DNA from: Phoronis australis
Lineage: Eukaryota > Animalia > Phoronida
Direction: 5' to 3'
DNA: 64,000 nt
Assembly (NCBI GenBank): GCA_002633005.1
Contig: NMRA01000475.1
Coordinates: 124,001-188,000 of the forward strand
Below the pieces are notes generated by a model. That model was not told the DNA's origin. It did not search any database and saw only the letters and a list, made by a program, of their open reading frames with translations. Positions 44,601 to 55,600 of the stretch are shown piece by piece. The translations under genes and the position numbers were made by a program. Position 1 is the stretch's first letter. Each line of letters begins with the position of its first letter.

Positions 44601-45690
44601 AACTACTCGAGATGGAACCTGAGACTGCAAAGTTTGAGTAAGCGTGCTGTTTACCACTTTTACTGTTAATATTATTATTAAAATGGTCGTCATATATAAT
44701 AATGCTTTATGGAAACAATTGTCTGCAGAATCATGTGTTATTTACCAGTAATGAAAAGAAATAGACAGCACTAAAGTGTTAAGCAGGTATAAACCTACGT
44801 TCCATCCAAGAAGCAAACGTTTGATTTTGACCAGTATGCAGTTTGATCTCAACTTGTTTTTTTCTCAGATTACAAGTTTGCAAAAAACTGACTTTCAGTT
44901 ATTCCTTGAGACCATGCTTGGTGCATCAAACAACAGGCAGTGACGTCATCGTTTAGGGCCAGGTCTTGAGCTGTAACCAACGTTCACTTCTTTTGAAACC
45001 CTGAAATGGCCCCCAATTTGACTAAGGAACTACTCCAAACCAACATCCTAATGTAAATCAAAACTAAATCATTTCTGGACTTACTGTATACTAATGATAA
45101 CGTGGCATCCCCATCTCGGAGACTTCTACAGAATGTCAGAAGCCGAAGTGCTGGCATATCGGCATTGGCGGGGATTATTGTCACGTGGGTTGTGACATAA
45201 TTTCTTTGGTTGGCATCTGGGGATCTGTAAAAATCTCCCAAGATGGAGGCACTACGTTATCATTAGTATACAGTAAGTCTGGAAATTGATTTATTATTGA
45301 TTTGTCTTAGCTAGAGTAACATATATTCCATTGTCAACTTCATAGTGGTAAGTGGCTGAAATCAGAAGTTTGTGGCTGGTTTAAATTATATCCATTATGA
45401 ATGGGACGTTTGTGCGTAATTATGGTTCAATTTCCAGGTTGAAACAATTGATATGTTTACGCGTTGAGTTACAAAATATTTATTCCAACCTATGAGCAAC
45501 ATTCTGCACTACTGTGAAATAATTTTATTTCTTTTTTAGACGACCTTCAAGAACACTGGAGGGAAAAATTCGAGTGACGGTCAATGTTGTAGGAAAGGGT
45601 TCCTTCTGTGGCATTGGGCGAAACTACAGGATAGCGAAAAGTGCTGCGGCTAAACGTGCGCTGAGAATGATTAAATCACAGTCGTACTAA
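26664..45690 (+). CDS. DICER1: Endoribonuclease Dicer-1 (helicase, DUF283, platform/PAZ, RNase IIIa/IIIb, dsRBD)
   Basis: Exons 26664-26901, 27299-28186, 29872-29990, 31144-31309, 32133-32344, 33058-33159, 33691-33836, 34159-34288, 34578-34653, 35076-35218, 36002-36181, 36718-36931, 37356-39735, 40785-40864, 40995-41170, 41677-41845 (the last two duplicated at 42653-42828 and 43340-43508), 44562-44637 and 45540-45690. Motifs: [106 protein letters not shown]. Confidence 0.97.
28593..29184 (+). other. Near-identical duplicate of 27998-28590 (end of a Dicer exon plus intron), probable assembly overlap
   Basis: Follows the N at 28591, starts mid-exon with no splice acceptor, and differs by only a few SNPs. 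Confidence 0.85.
31734..31964. mobile_element. Shorter MITE of the same TIR family as 1351-1848, inverted
   Basis: Ends tagggcttggaattttcc ... ggtcattccaagccctg match the two ends of the 1351-1848 element in reverse orientation. No clear TSD. Confidence 0.7.
32450..32952 (+). mobile_element. Degenerate fragment of the same element family, interrupted by a 17-bp minisatellite
   Basis: ccctagttgcaattttagtt, ttttggatggat..ccctagtgg and the 3' end atttgcaatg..aatgctcagcattgcttttatt resemble the long copy. Confidence 0.55.
32667..32817. repeat. 17-bp minisatellite (tggtctgagtgagcgtc)n, ~9 copies
   Basis: Directly visible tandem array. Confidence 0.9.
35351..35428. repeat. CT-rich low-complexity tract
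   Basis: Polypyrimidine ctct/ccct run. Confidence 0.7.
42623..44313 (+). other. Near-identical duplicate of 40965-42589 (two RNase IIIb exons), probably an uncollapsed haplotype
   Basis: Follows the N-run at 42590-42622. The exon differences I saw are synonymous (GGT/GGC, TCA/TCG); the introns carry SNPs and indels. Confidence 0.85.
44076..44366 (+). mobile_element. Internally deleted copy of the 11046-12679 element family (partial duplicate at ~42413-42589)
   Basis: Starts ttttatgcgcccg..gtgggtgcat, contains catctagtggccat, and ends agcataccatttgcgatg..gtgggtgc..gttgctcttgtt like the long copy. Confidence 0.65.
45055..45303. mobile_element. Long inverted-repeat (foldback/MITE-like) element in the last Dicer intron
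   Basis: Imperfect arms of about 80 bp with a perfect 26-bp core: gacttactgtatactaatgataacgt (45078-45103) and acgttatcattagtatacagtaagtc (45254-45279). Confidence 0.75.
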
Positions 45691-47917
45691 GATGTCTCCG
45701 AAACCCTGTCGGCTTATTCTGTCTGCCAGCCTAGGATGTGGTTTAGGTTCTCAATGTTATTATACATGTATTTTTATAACAGTTTGCCCATTATGATTGT
45801 TGTAATTGCTGCCATGCAAAATGTGATTGTTTTATTAATACTGTTAAGTGTGTATTTTCCTGTTTTGATTAAACTATTAAGTGTGAAATGTTTTAGTACT
45901 AACTAAATTAAGTTTGAAAACAAAATCACACTAAAGGCAAATATGTCTGCTAGAAGGCGAATTTGATGAATTAATAATAAACACATTACGGAGGATATAA
46001 CTAATGAATTTTGGATTTTTGTTTATTCACAAATTTTTGTATCGTCAGCCTTTGATTCTTCATACATGTTTTTGTGCAAAAATGAATTTCAAAGTAGTCA
46101 TTGTTATCCCATCTCTGAGAATTCTGAGAATTCTTTACTCCATACCACTGCTCAGCACACTTGAATGGTAACCAGGAGCAGCCCTATGCTTAAACCACCA
46201 ATTGGCATATCATCACAGCACAACAAAATGAACTTTGGTTATACTAAACAATAAGTCAGAGAGGTATATTGGTCTTGCCGCTGGCAGACACGAGTCTTGA
46301 AGAAGAAAGCTCAAGTGGAGCTGTAAACAGATAAGTTACCTCTTTTATTGTAGAATTTACTTTCTGGTATATTTTTAGTGTTTACAGTAAAACAAACATT
46401 TCATGCAGAACTTCACGTGCAAGTTGACCAAAACGATTAGTGCAAAACTTCCAACCTGTTCATCTAAGTTCATAATTTCATGGTTGGTGGCAATACCATA
46501 ATTAATCAATTTCTACAAATTGTTACACTTTGTTACAGACTTCATTTCCATGACAGTTTTTTAGTTATTGGTTACATTTTTGATGTGAAGGAGAAATTGC
46601 GTCTAAATATTGTCGAGTGCCATACCTCAAAACCAAAATTGTGATTATGATTTTATGACCACGCATTTTTGGGAATTAACAAAATAGGCTGTTTTGAGGA
46701 CCAAAAAACTCACAACTGTTTTGCTTATTCTCCAGATTTGAACCATGTACAAATTGTTGTACATTAGAAACGGCTTCCATTTAGTTTCAACTCCAGAGGG
46801 AGAGGAGTTTCATTGTACGCATCAATCCGTTCTATTGTTCAGCCTTCTTTTGTCCAGCATACCACCCACTGATACAAAGCCAATTACCTTCAACACTTAA
46901 ACAGGAGTCAATCCTTATGTAATAAGTACTCTGCTTCAAATAAAAAAAACTTAGGTCAACCTTCATAACAATGCCATGGGTTTTGGTTCTAGTGAATACT
47001 TATTTTACTAGTCCAAGTACAGTGAAACCTACTGTTAACTAATATTGGACTGTTTCTAATATTACGAAATTTTATACATGTGTGTCAGGACAGGCGAGAG
47101 CGCGAGTCACTATTCATATTCTGATGTTAATCGTGACGTCAACTTGAAGCTATTTGTTGGCTAGTCATTGATAGGCAAATGTCCATGGGGGTTCTTTGGA
47201 GAACTCGTGGTTTGAGCGAGTCTTATCAGAGTTTGTGAAGTGAGGCTGTATCGTTGGTATAAGTACAATATATGATTGAATTGCAGTCACTGGTCTCATT
47301 ATTTATTTGTGAAATGCGAACACGGAAAATCCCCCAGCACTTCTACCTCCCTTGCATTGTTAAAGCAGACTGTTCATGTTTCTCAATAATTCAGCTCCAG
47401 ATTTTTACACTGCATTTTCTCATGGGTGAGGAGAGGAAAGGCCACATCCCAGGCCTGCCCAATATACTATGAATCCCTCCAACTGGACACAGAGTGCTTC
47501 AATACTGCAGTTCTATGGACGAATACAAACAAAGATCATTAACCATACAACATAGTTATATTTACCGAAAAGTGAACATAGTCATGGAATGTTTAGTATA
47601 ATAAAATTGGTTTTGTAAATCAAGAGCAAACAGCATGGCTATATAAATAAAACTTTAATAATACATTAAAAGTTGTAATGAACGATGTACAAGAAATTCA
47701 GATCTGAAATGCTTAACGTTGCAGAAACGATGTTTCGTCCAAGAAACAAACTCCTGATGTATAGACGACTTACAGCTACAATGGTCTCAACTTGTTCTCA
47801 ATCAAATGGAAAGAAATTTATGGGTTTGCAAAGAAAAAACACTTTGTTAATCCTTGAAGCAATGCTTGCCAGATAAAAAGACATGCCATAACAAGCAATC
47901 TTGTACAACCTGGCGTG

Positions 47918-48056
47918 CGTTCAGTAGACGCTAGGACCTACGCTAGGACCTAGCAAAAAGCTAGTCAAGGTCATGTGCTCTTATTTAAAATACACGGTAA
48001 TATCTCGCGTAATCTCGCAGTCTTGCTTTTAAGCTAGGTCCTAGCGTTACTGAACG
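47918..48056. mobile_element. Short MITE-like element
   Basis: Inverted ends cgttcagtagacgctaggacct... and ...gctaggtcctagcgttactgaacg. Confidence 0.65.
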
Positions 48057-48924
48057 GGAGGTTGGTCTCTGGAAATACTTAACTGTGATTCTTCAGAAAA
48101 CCTGAAATCACCTACAATTTGATAAAGAAAAATTTGAGACAAATTCCATTACTGTAAATGGTCCAAATCAAAAGTTGGCTTTAAGTTGTGAAAGAAGGCA
48201 CGTTTATATATGTCAATACATCAAAACTGCAAGAGTCAGATCTAAGGAGATGTACATCTGAAAGGAAGACCAAATTTGTCAACTACTCTGAATTTCCTTT
48301 ATACCAAGGCAGTGCTACACTGTCGTTCCAGTGAAGACAGATTTGAAAGATCAATTTACTCCAAGTTTATATGGTTGTCAAAGCCTTATGCAAAGTAATT
48401 TTTCACCTGGTAAGGACACAATATGGCATAAAAGTGAAATTTTACTTAGTCCAATTTCTCAACAATAATAAAAACTAATCTTACAGTGTGTAAATATCGC
48501 AACACACCCACCAAAATTTCCTTTACTTGCAGCGAGGCAATCATCCTTTCAAATATGAGAATTATGGCAACATTTCAGTGCTAATGTAAGGTACTACCAT
48601 ATATGGTTGCAAAGGTAACGTAGTTGTGTCCTTTTTAATAAGTTCAGTACAGTCAATCAATATCTAAAACGAGAACTAAGAACACTTGGCAGATAATGAT
48701 CACTAAACCAGACAAGCTCCCTTTCATCAGGACAAAAGCCACTGACGACCATAAAACTTTTGGAGTGTATTAAAAATAACCATGCCTGCAACGTCTCACC
48801 ATGATGAGGAATTGATAGGAAGACACAAAATAACATCCAAGTATAAAATACAATATAAACATTATAGTCTCGATATATACACAAAGTTGTTTCAATCTCA
48901 GTGAAAATAGTTCATCATGACAAG

Positions 48925-48995
48925 GTTTACTTGCTTATCATCAGTAGCCATGGTTACCAAGATTTTTCCACGACTGCGTCATTATCGCACCAAAC
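48925..48995 (-). promoter_or_regulatory. SECIS element in the SELENON 3'UTR
   Basis: Minus strand reads GUUUGGUGCGAUA-AUGA-CGCAGUCGUGG-AAAAAUCUUGGUAA-CCAUGGCUAC-UGAU-GAUAAGCAAGUAAAC. It has an AUGA/UGA core, 11 nt between core and apical AAA, a helix II that pairs by eye with one C-A mismatch, and a plausible helix I. Confidence 0.85.
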
Positions 48996-49643
48996 CATGT
49001 GATGATGACCTTAAGTTATAATGAAAAACTCCATGTGCAAAGCCCATAAATCCGTTATAAAATACATTTTAATGAAACAGTATCCTACACCTCACCACTC
49101 CAGTAACATAACATATAAGCAGTACATGGGTGGATAAAAATCAGTGTCTAAAGTATTAAATAGACCAAAAACACAGCAAACACAACTTCAAAATTTATTG
49201 TCCGAACTCTGCAAACGCTTGAGATTTGAAAACTAATATTGCACCATAGTCAGATTAGACTGGTAATAGTATTTATGAGTCTGGTTACTGGACAGTTTCT
49301 CCATCATGAGAATACACAGAAAAAGTTGTAGGGTAATTACACTTTTATAGCAAAAATAACATATGAAAAACAAATTGAGAACAGACTTGCATAGTTCAAA
49401 TAACAATATTGAAAATTTCTACTTGAGCAAAAGAAATAGTCCCATGTGACGGTATTCTGGTGAAGGACTTAAGTACCAGTGCTTTAACTCATGTAATGAC
49501 AGATCAGTAAACCTTTTGCTTGATTGCATTACACATTCAAATTCCTGACTCTTGTTTACTGCTGTCATCAAAAAGTCTTATGTAAGTATGCAAAAAACTA
49601 GGCCCTGTATATGGCCTTAAAGATGAGAGAAAGCAGATGTATT

Positions 49644-52600
49644 CTATGGTTTTATCTTCAAATAAGGCAAAGCTTCTTTAAGTCCATCTTTCAGAAAGTA
49701 CATGTAGCGCATAGTTGGCGATTCCACAATTCTGAAACAGAATATTGTGATTAACATGTTGCCTGACACACTCCCAAAGTTATATTGGAAAGGACAGCCT
49801 AATTCTGAAATATGGACACAGTAAGCCGGACACAAATTACACAGAGGTCATTTTTCTGAAACACGATTTTTTTTACAATTTTAAGTACAGGCAAAATATT
49901 CTAACAACCAGCAATATTTGTATAAACAGTAAATTGTGTGTTTGACTCGTGCCATTTGTCCATTCTTTGAACTTTTCAATAAAACTGTCAAAGTTGAAAT
50001 AAATATATGTCAACGTTTACGCATTGTAAATGATGACTCCATGGCTTTTGTGGGGTTCAAAAATATGGGCATATGCCCAATTCATACTGTTACCAAGCAA
50101 GGTGGATGGAAAATAAAAAGTGGCGCACTTTACGTTGATAAGATTCACACACACACAATGGCAATGTATGAATATTTAACTAGCATGATGGTAGTTGAAG
50201 TTGTGTATAGCACTGACTGATGCTACATGAAACTGTACATACTTAGGTAAAAATCAATTACCAAGTTCAGCTAAGCTGACCACAGAATAACAATTACTTT
50301 TATTACGTCTTTCTGATACTGGGCACGTAACAAACCATGGCTATTGAAATGTGCCAATCTTGTCCTGAAATTTACCAGACAGTACTGTGTGCCGAATGTT
50401 AGGACATAGACACAGCTTCGCACGTAGGCACACACAGGGGAGTGAAATAAATGGTATGAACTGCAATCGGACAATCAAACATGGGAGTGAAATAAATGGT
50501 ATGAACTGCAATCAGACAATCAAACATGGGAGTGAAATAAATGGTATGAACTGCAATCAGACAAGTGTTGGTGTTAAATTATCTTGACACCCAATCAGCT
50601 TAACAGCACAAATGAATGTGTGACTACTCACTGATCAAGGTTTAGGGTGACAAATTAGTGGCGTCTTCGAAATATGGGACAAGTTGAGCCAGATCATCTT
50701 AATACAGAGCAACTGACTGCGATATCAAACAACACGTCGGGTTGTCAAGCGAAAACAGAAATTGGTCAATGCATGCACATCCATTCCTGCACCCACCATT
50801 TTTCAGCTCAGTCAAGTACAGCAAAATTGACCTGCTGTTCAACCCAGATTAGAGATGAATGTGGGGCTGACAACTGTTCCAATGGCAAACAGATTGGATG
50901 TCAAGTTGTGCATGACTGCCGGAACAAACTAATGGTCGCTCAGAAGTTTGGATTCCCTCATCCCAGGACGCGTTTTGTAATACAACCCCGCACTCTCTTA
51001 CCCAGTCTTGTCCTGAGGCCCATCCATGAAGATGTTGGCATTCATATGTCTCAGCACAGTGCCATTAGGAAGCATAACCGATAACATCACAGGGAATGTA
51101 TAATCTTTCATGATACAATCGGCAACAGATTGGACTGGGTGAGCCTCGTCTTTCTGTATTTCCTTAAATAGTGAGTTACAGAAACATGAAGAAACAGAGA
51201 CAACATTTAGTTTTGCATTCTAAACACGCAGCGAGACTAAAGAAAGTTTTAAAACCTGAATGCAATAACTCTTTACAGATTTAGCACATACTATCATGTA
51301 CCATTGGCATGTGTTTCACTGAATGCATTCCAAAGGTACGTATGATAGTAAACATAAGCAAGTTTCTTATTTTATTGACTAATTTTAGGAACAAAACTTT
51401 CAGCTCAAAAGCAGGCTTCCATTATCCTCTAAGACGAGCAGAGCCTATCTATAGGGGGGCCCACTTTTTGTCAGCCCTTCAGGGCAGCTCTCTGTATCAA
51501 TATAGGAGACACCAGTGCTGGGGCGTCTTTGACTGGGACACCCAAGATCATGTGATTTGCTTTCCTTTGAGGGGGGCTCTCTTTATTCAGGTGACACCTT
51601 TGTTGACATGTTTTTCTAAAATGTCTACTTCACAGTTGGTATAAGAACAGTCACACAGATGTCACGTATAAAACAACATTGACTTAAAGTTACTTTTTAC
51701 TATTTTAACAGTTAAGCTGTCAGCTCTGAAAAATAGAGAATGGCAATTAAGCCATTATTTTTGTGTGAAGTAAATGAAAAATTCCAATATTGATACATTC
51801 ATAAAAGTCCTTTATTCTACAACAGTTGAAAAGTTGTGTAGACTAGTGTAAGCCCAAGCGGTCAGTCACAGGCATATTAGGTGGAGTATTTGGACAAATA
51901 ACTAATTCTCAGACAAATCTACCATATGCTCTTCTTAAACTGCCAAGTCTAAACACACGTACAAACTTCGGAGACTGCAAACCACGAGAGAAAAACTTTC
52001 AGTAGCTTAATCTTACTATGAATGAATTCAAATCAAATCTGCATGACTATAGGCATCAAAATTTTTTATGCCATTGGCAGAGACCCTGATTTTCCGTGGT
52101 ATCGAAAAGCGGATGGAATTCATGAATCTGACTTCTTTCACAGAATTAGAGGTTTCGAACAGAATTCACATCAAATGTACATGCTACAATTGTTTAATTA
52201 ACAAAAATAAGGACATAATCCAATAAATTTAACAATTTTGGCAACAAATCCATATAAACGGTTTTGCAAAAGAAATGTTAAAAAGTCGTCCATTTTTACT
52301 GAAGGAGGCGCTGTCTTCTTCTAGTATTCAGGGTTTTGAGAAACAATAAACATGACATCCAGCATAAGACACTGGCAAGTGGAAAATTTAAGGCAATTAC
52401 CACTTTGCTTTCATGTCGTTTATCACTTTGAAACAGCCAAACGTAATTCGGTAATTTACAAAATAGAAATAATTGAACCAGAATGTTATGTAACTGCTAA
52501 TAAAACAAATTTCCCTGTTTTTGACAGTAAAATCAAGGTCTCTATATTCACATACCTTGAGCTCAGCAACCAGGCTCCAACTGTTAACAAAGTCTGCTTC

Positions 52601-55600
52601 AAGCAGACTGAGAATGCCCGAACTCTCGAGAATCGACTCTCGCAGAGTTCGGGCCGAACCTCAGCAGCTCTGGTCGTCCAAGGCGCCCCACAAAGCAATG
52701 TGGTGCAGAGGACGGTTGAGCCGTCGTGCCTCTTGGACACCATAGGTTATGTTGAAGTATTCTACCTATAATAAAAAGAATCAACATTGACAATAAGCCT
52801 GACAGGGGCAGATCCACAAAACTGTGTAATTGAGACTTACTCATAGAAATTTGAAATGAAATGTGAAAGTGGGCGACAGCTACAGGAGTCCATGAGTTAA
52901 TCCACATATTAGTTACTCATTCTTGGGTAATTTCTTTTGATGTCATTTATTCATGACTTTTTCCATTTGTAGTTTGACTTCCATGAGATGCAACCAGTTT
53001 TTAAAATACATGTCAGAAGCTTTAAAACCAGCTTCTATACTCTGGAATGACAATTCAGTTGCCCTTGTAGTAATCTTTGCATTAAATTTCTTCATCAATG
53101 TGTTGTACTTGGCACTTCTCCTTGGCCCAAGGCTTTTCCTACACAGCAGAATATTAACTACTAAAGTGCTTAAAATCACCAATTTCATATCAAAAACACC
53201 AAAAAACATCACCACCAGTCGATCAGCTGTCGAATTAGAACACCTGCAAACACCATCTGACGATATCTTAATTTAGCTGATCTTTAGTTACGAGCATTTA
53301 TTGGTCGATACATACTACGCAGAATTGAAACAACCAAAAACAGCATTAGTCACCCTCCAGTGTATTTAGTCTGTAAAGTTGTCAGATATTCCTGCTCGTT
53401 TTCCTGTGGTTTATAGTAATACTAATGAATGGCGAGAAGTTGCATCTGCTGTGGTTGTCACAACTCAGTATTTGAACACTGGCTCTTTTCATTTTCCAGC
53501 GAGACATCAGAGAAGCACAGATATGGCACAAAATTGTACAAGAAATTCTCGCGTTGATCTCATGGCACACTAGTAATGAGTTGATTCATATGTCATAGTC
53601 ATGTCCATGGAGCTATGATATGCAATGTTATAAAGAAAGGTTTAATGATTCTGGAAATATGGTCACTTGTCCAAACATTCAAGTAAATGGTGGTTTTTAA
53701 GCACTTTAAAAAGTTCAAAATCCGATTAAAACTGGGCTTTGGAATTCTTAGTTGAACCCTCAGGATCACAAGCAAAATGAAAAGAAGCCAAACCTTTTTA
53801 AATGGATAGAAAAACTTTTCCAGGGTACGAGATGTCTGATACATAGTGACTTGTTTTTTCCATTGAATGTTATCTACTCCAGCATCACCATTTTCAGCTG
53901 TCCCTTCAACTGTTCTTGTGTCAACCCCATCCACAATGGCTGGGTGCGACGGTGCTGCCCCCTTCAGTTCCATCTGAGGCATGAAGCCAATGTCGACTTC
54001 ATTTGCCATCATTTCTGAACCAGGACCATTGATCCACTCCATATCTGCAACATAAATTGTTCATGTGATGAATGCGTAAGCCAGAATGTACCACAGTCAG
54101 TAACACAAGTCCATTATCTTAGCTTGTTTCCTTTTCACTCTAAACAACACATCACATAAAAAACAACTGCACCTTCGCAACAGTTACAGTAACACAATCA
54201 CTTCCCACAAAAACATTTTCCAAAATTGTCCCTCTTCTCATTCAGGATTTCAAGGCTAAACCTTACTGCAAACTATGAAAACATTTTTTAAACACAATTA
54301 ATGTTGGTTGTGAGGCTACACAGTACAATCAACCTAAGAGACCAAAATTTCTAAATTTTAATTTTATTGGCCACCATTTCGTGTATAGTACTAAATAGAC
54401 GAAGACTTAACATAGTGTATTTGTGAGTGCCTTGGTTCTATCAACTTACCAACATTGAGTTTCTTGTCAGTCGGCACTTTCATGTGGAAGTGGACAACAT
54501 GTGATAGGTTACGAGTGATGACCAAGCGACCCATGAACTGAGCAGGAGTGAACCAGAAGGGGTGGCGTGGTGGCTCATTCAGCTGGAACTCAGAGTGGAT
54601 CCTGAAATTGTGTATAATACACTAACAGTAACAACGACGGCAGCAGCAACAACAACAAGAGAGTAGATCCTGAGATATAACAAAAAGACTTTACACATAC
54701 ATATATTACAAAATTTACTTTTTCAATTTTTCATATGAACATTGATACAAGTGCTGTGTGCAGACTACACAAACAGCATGAGATTGAGAATAATTATCTC
54801 TTAATGCTCAGCAAACCCAAATATCTCACTCCTCATTGCTGACTTAAGTCAGCAGTCTTTCAGTAATGTGAAATCAGCAACACCTGTGAAGAATTTAATG
54901 ACCTCCTTGATTTGAAAAAAATGGAAAGCACACTAGCTACAGAATACATGATTCTTGGTCAATTTTCAAATTTGAAACACCTATTCAAATGTATCTTTTA
55001 CAAAATTTCCAATTTCACAGCTAACATTTTTCAAAAATGTGGAAATAAAACAAAGGCAGACTAATGAAAATCATATTATGCCCAGTCACACAAGATCGCG
55101 ATAAGCACCAAATTGATCAGAACAAATTCTTTAAAGAGCTTACAAGTGGCAAAAAGGTTAGTCAACCGCCAGTTTCATGAGAAGAGAAAGTTCTTCTGAG
55201 TGCCATGTATCATTTGCATAATGACATAGGCTCAATGAACACAGCACTGGGCTTACCTGAACACAATATCAAGGTATTTGTCGTTGTAGGCACGTATGCA
55301 TGCTGCTGCCCCCTGTGGGGCAAACCTCATGTGCACGTGAGGTGTAGGGTGAAACATGGCCAGAAGTCGATGAATGGTCAGATCACTTCCAGTAGGTCGT
55401 GGTGGATAATACCGGTTGCTAGTAAGAGAGAGTCCTCGAATGGCCGATGGTGTGCCGATGAAATCCGTGATCTTGTACGCAACATTTATTGTAGATAGCA
55501 GTGACTTTTTCGGAATGAACAAATTAGCAAGTTGACGAGCGGAGAAATTTTCCCATTCTTTATTCACTCTTTTCCATCGGAACAACCCAGTTAGTGACAT

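Noticed and set aside
49496-49568. Hairpin AUGACAG-CAGUAAAC..GUUUACUG-AU-CUGUCAU in the SELENON 3'UTR as a second SECIS
   Set aside because: The AUGA is Watson-Crick paired rather than forming a GA/AG core, and the spacing to the AA is wrong.
52943-53573. Short ORFs inside a SELENON intron as a nested gene
   Set aside because: No recognisable motifs and no consistent exon chain; the flanking SELENON exons join in phase without them.
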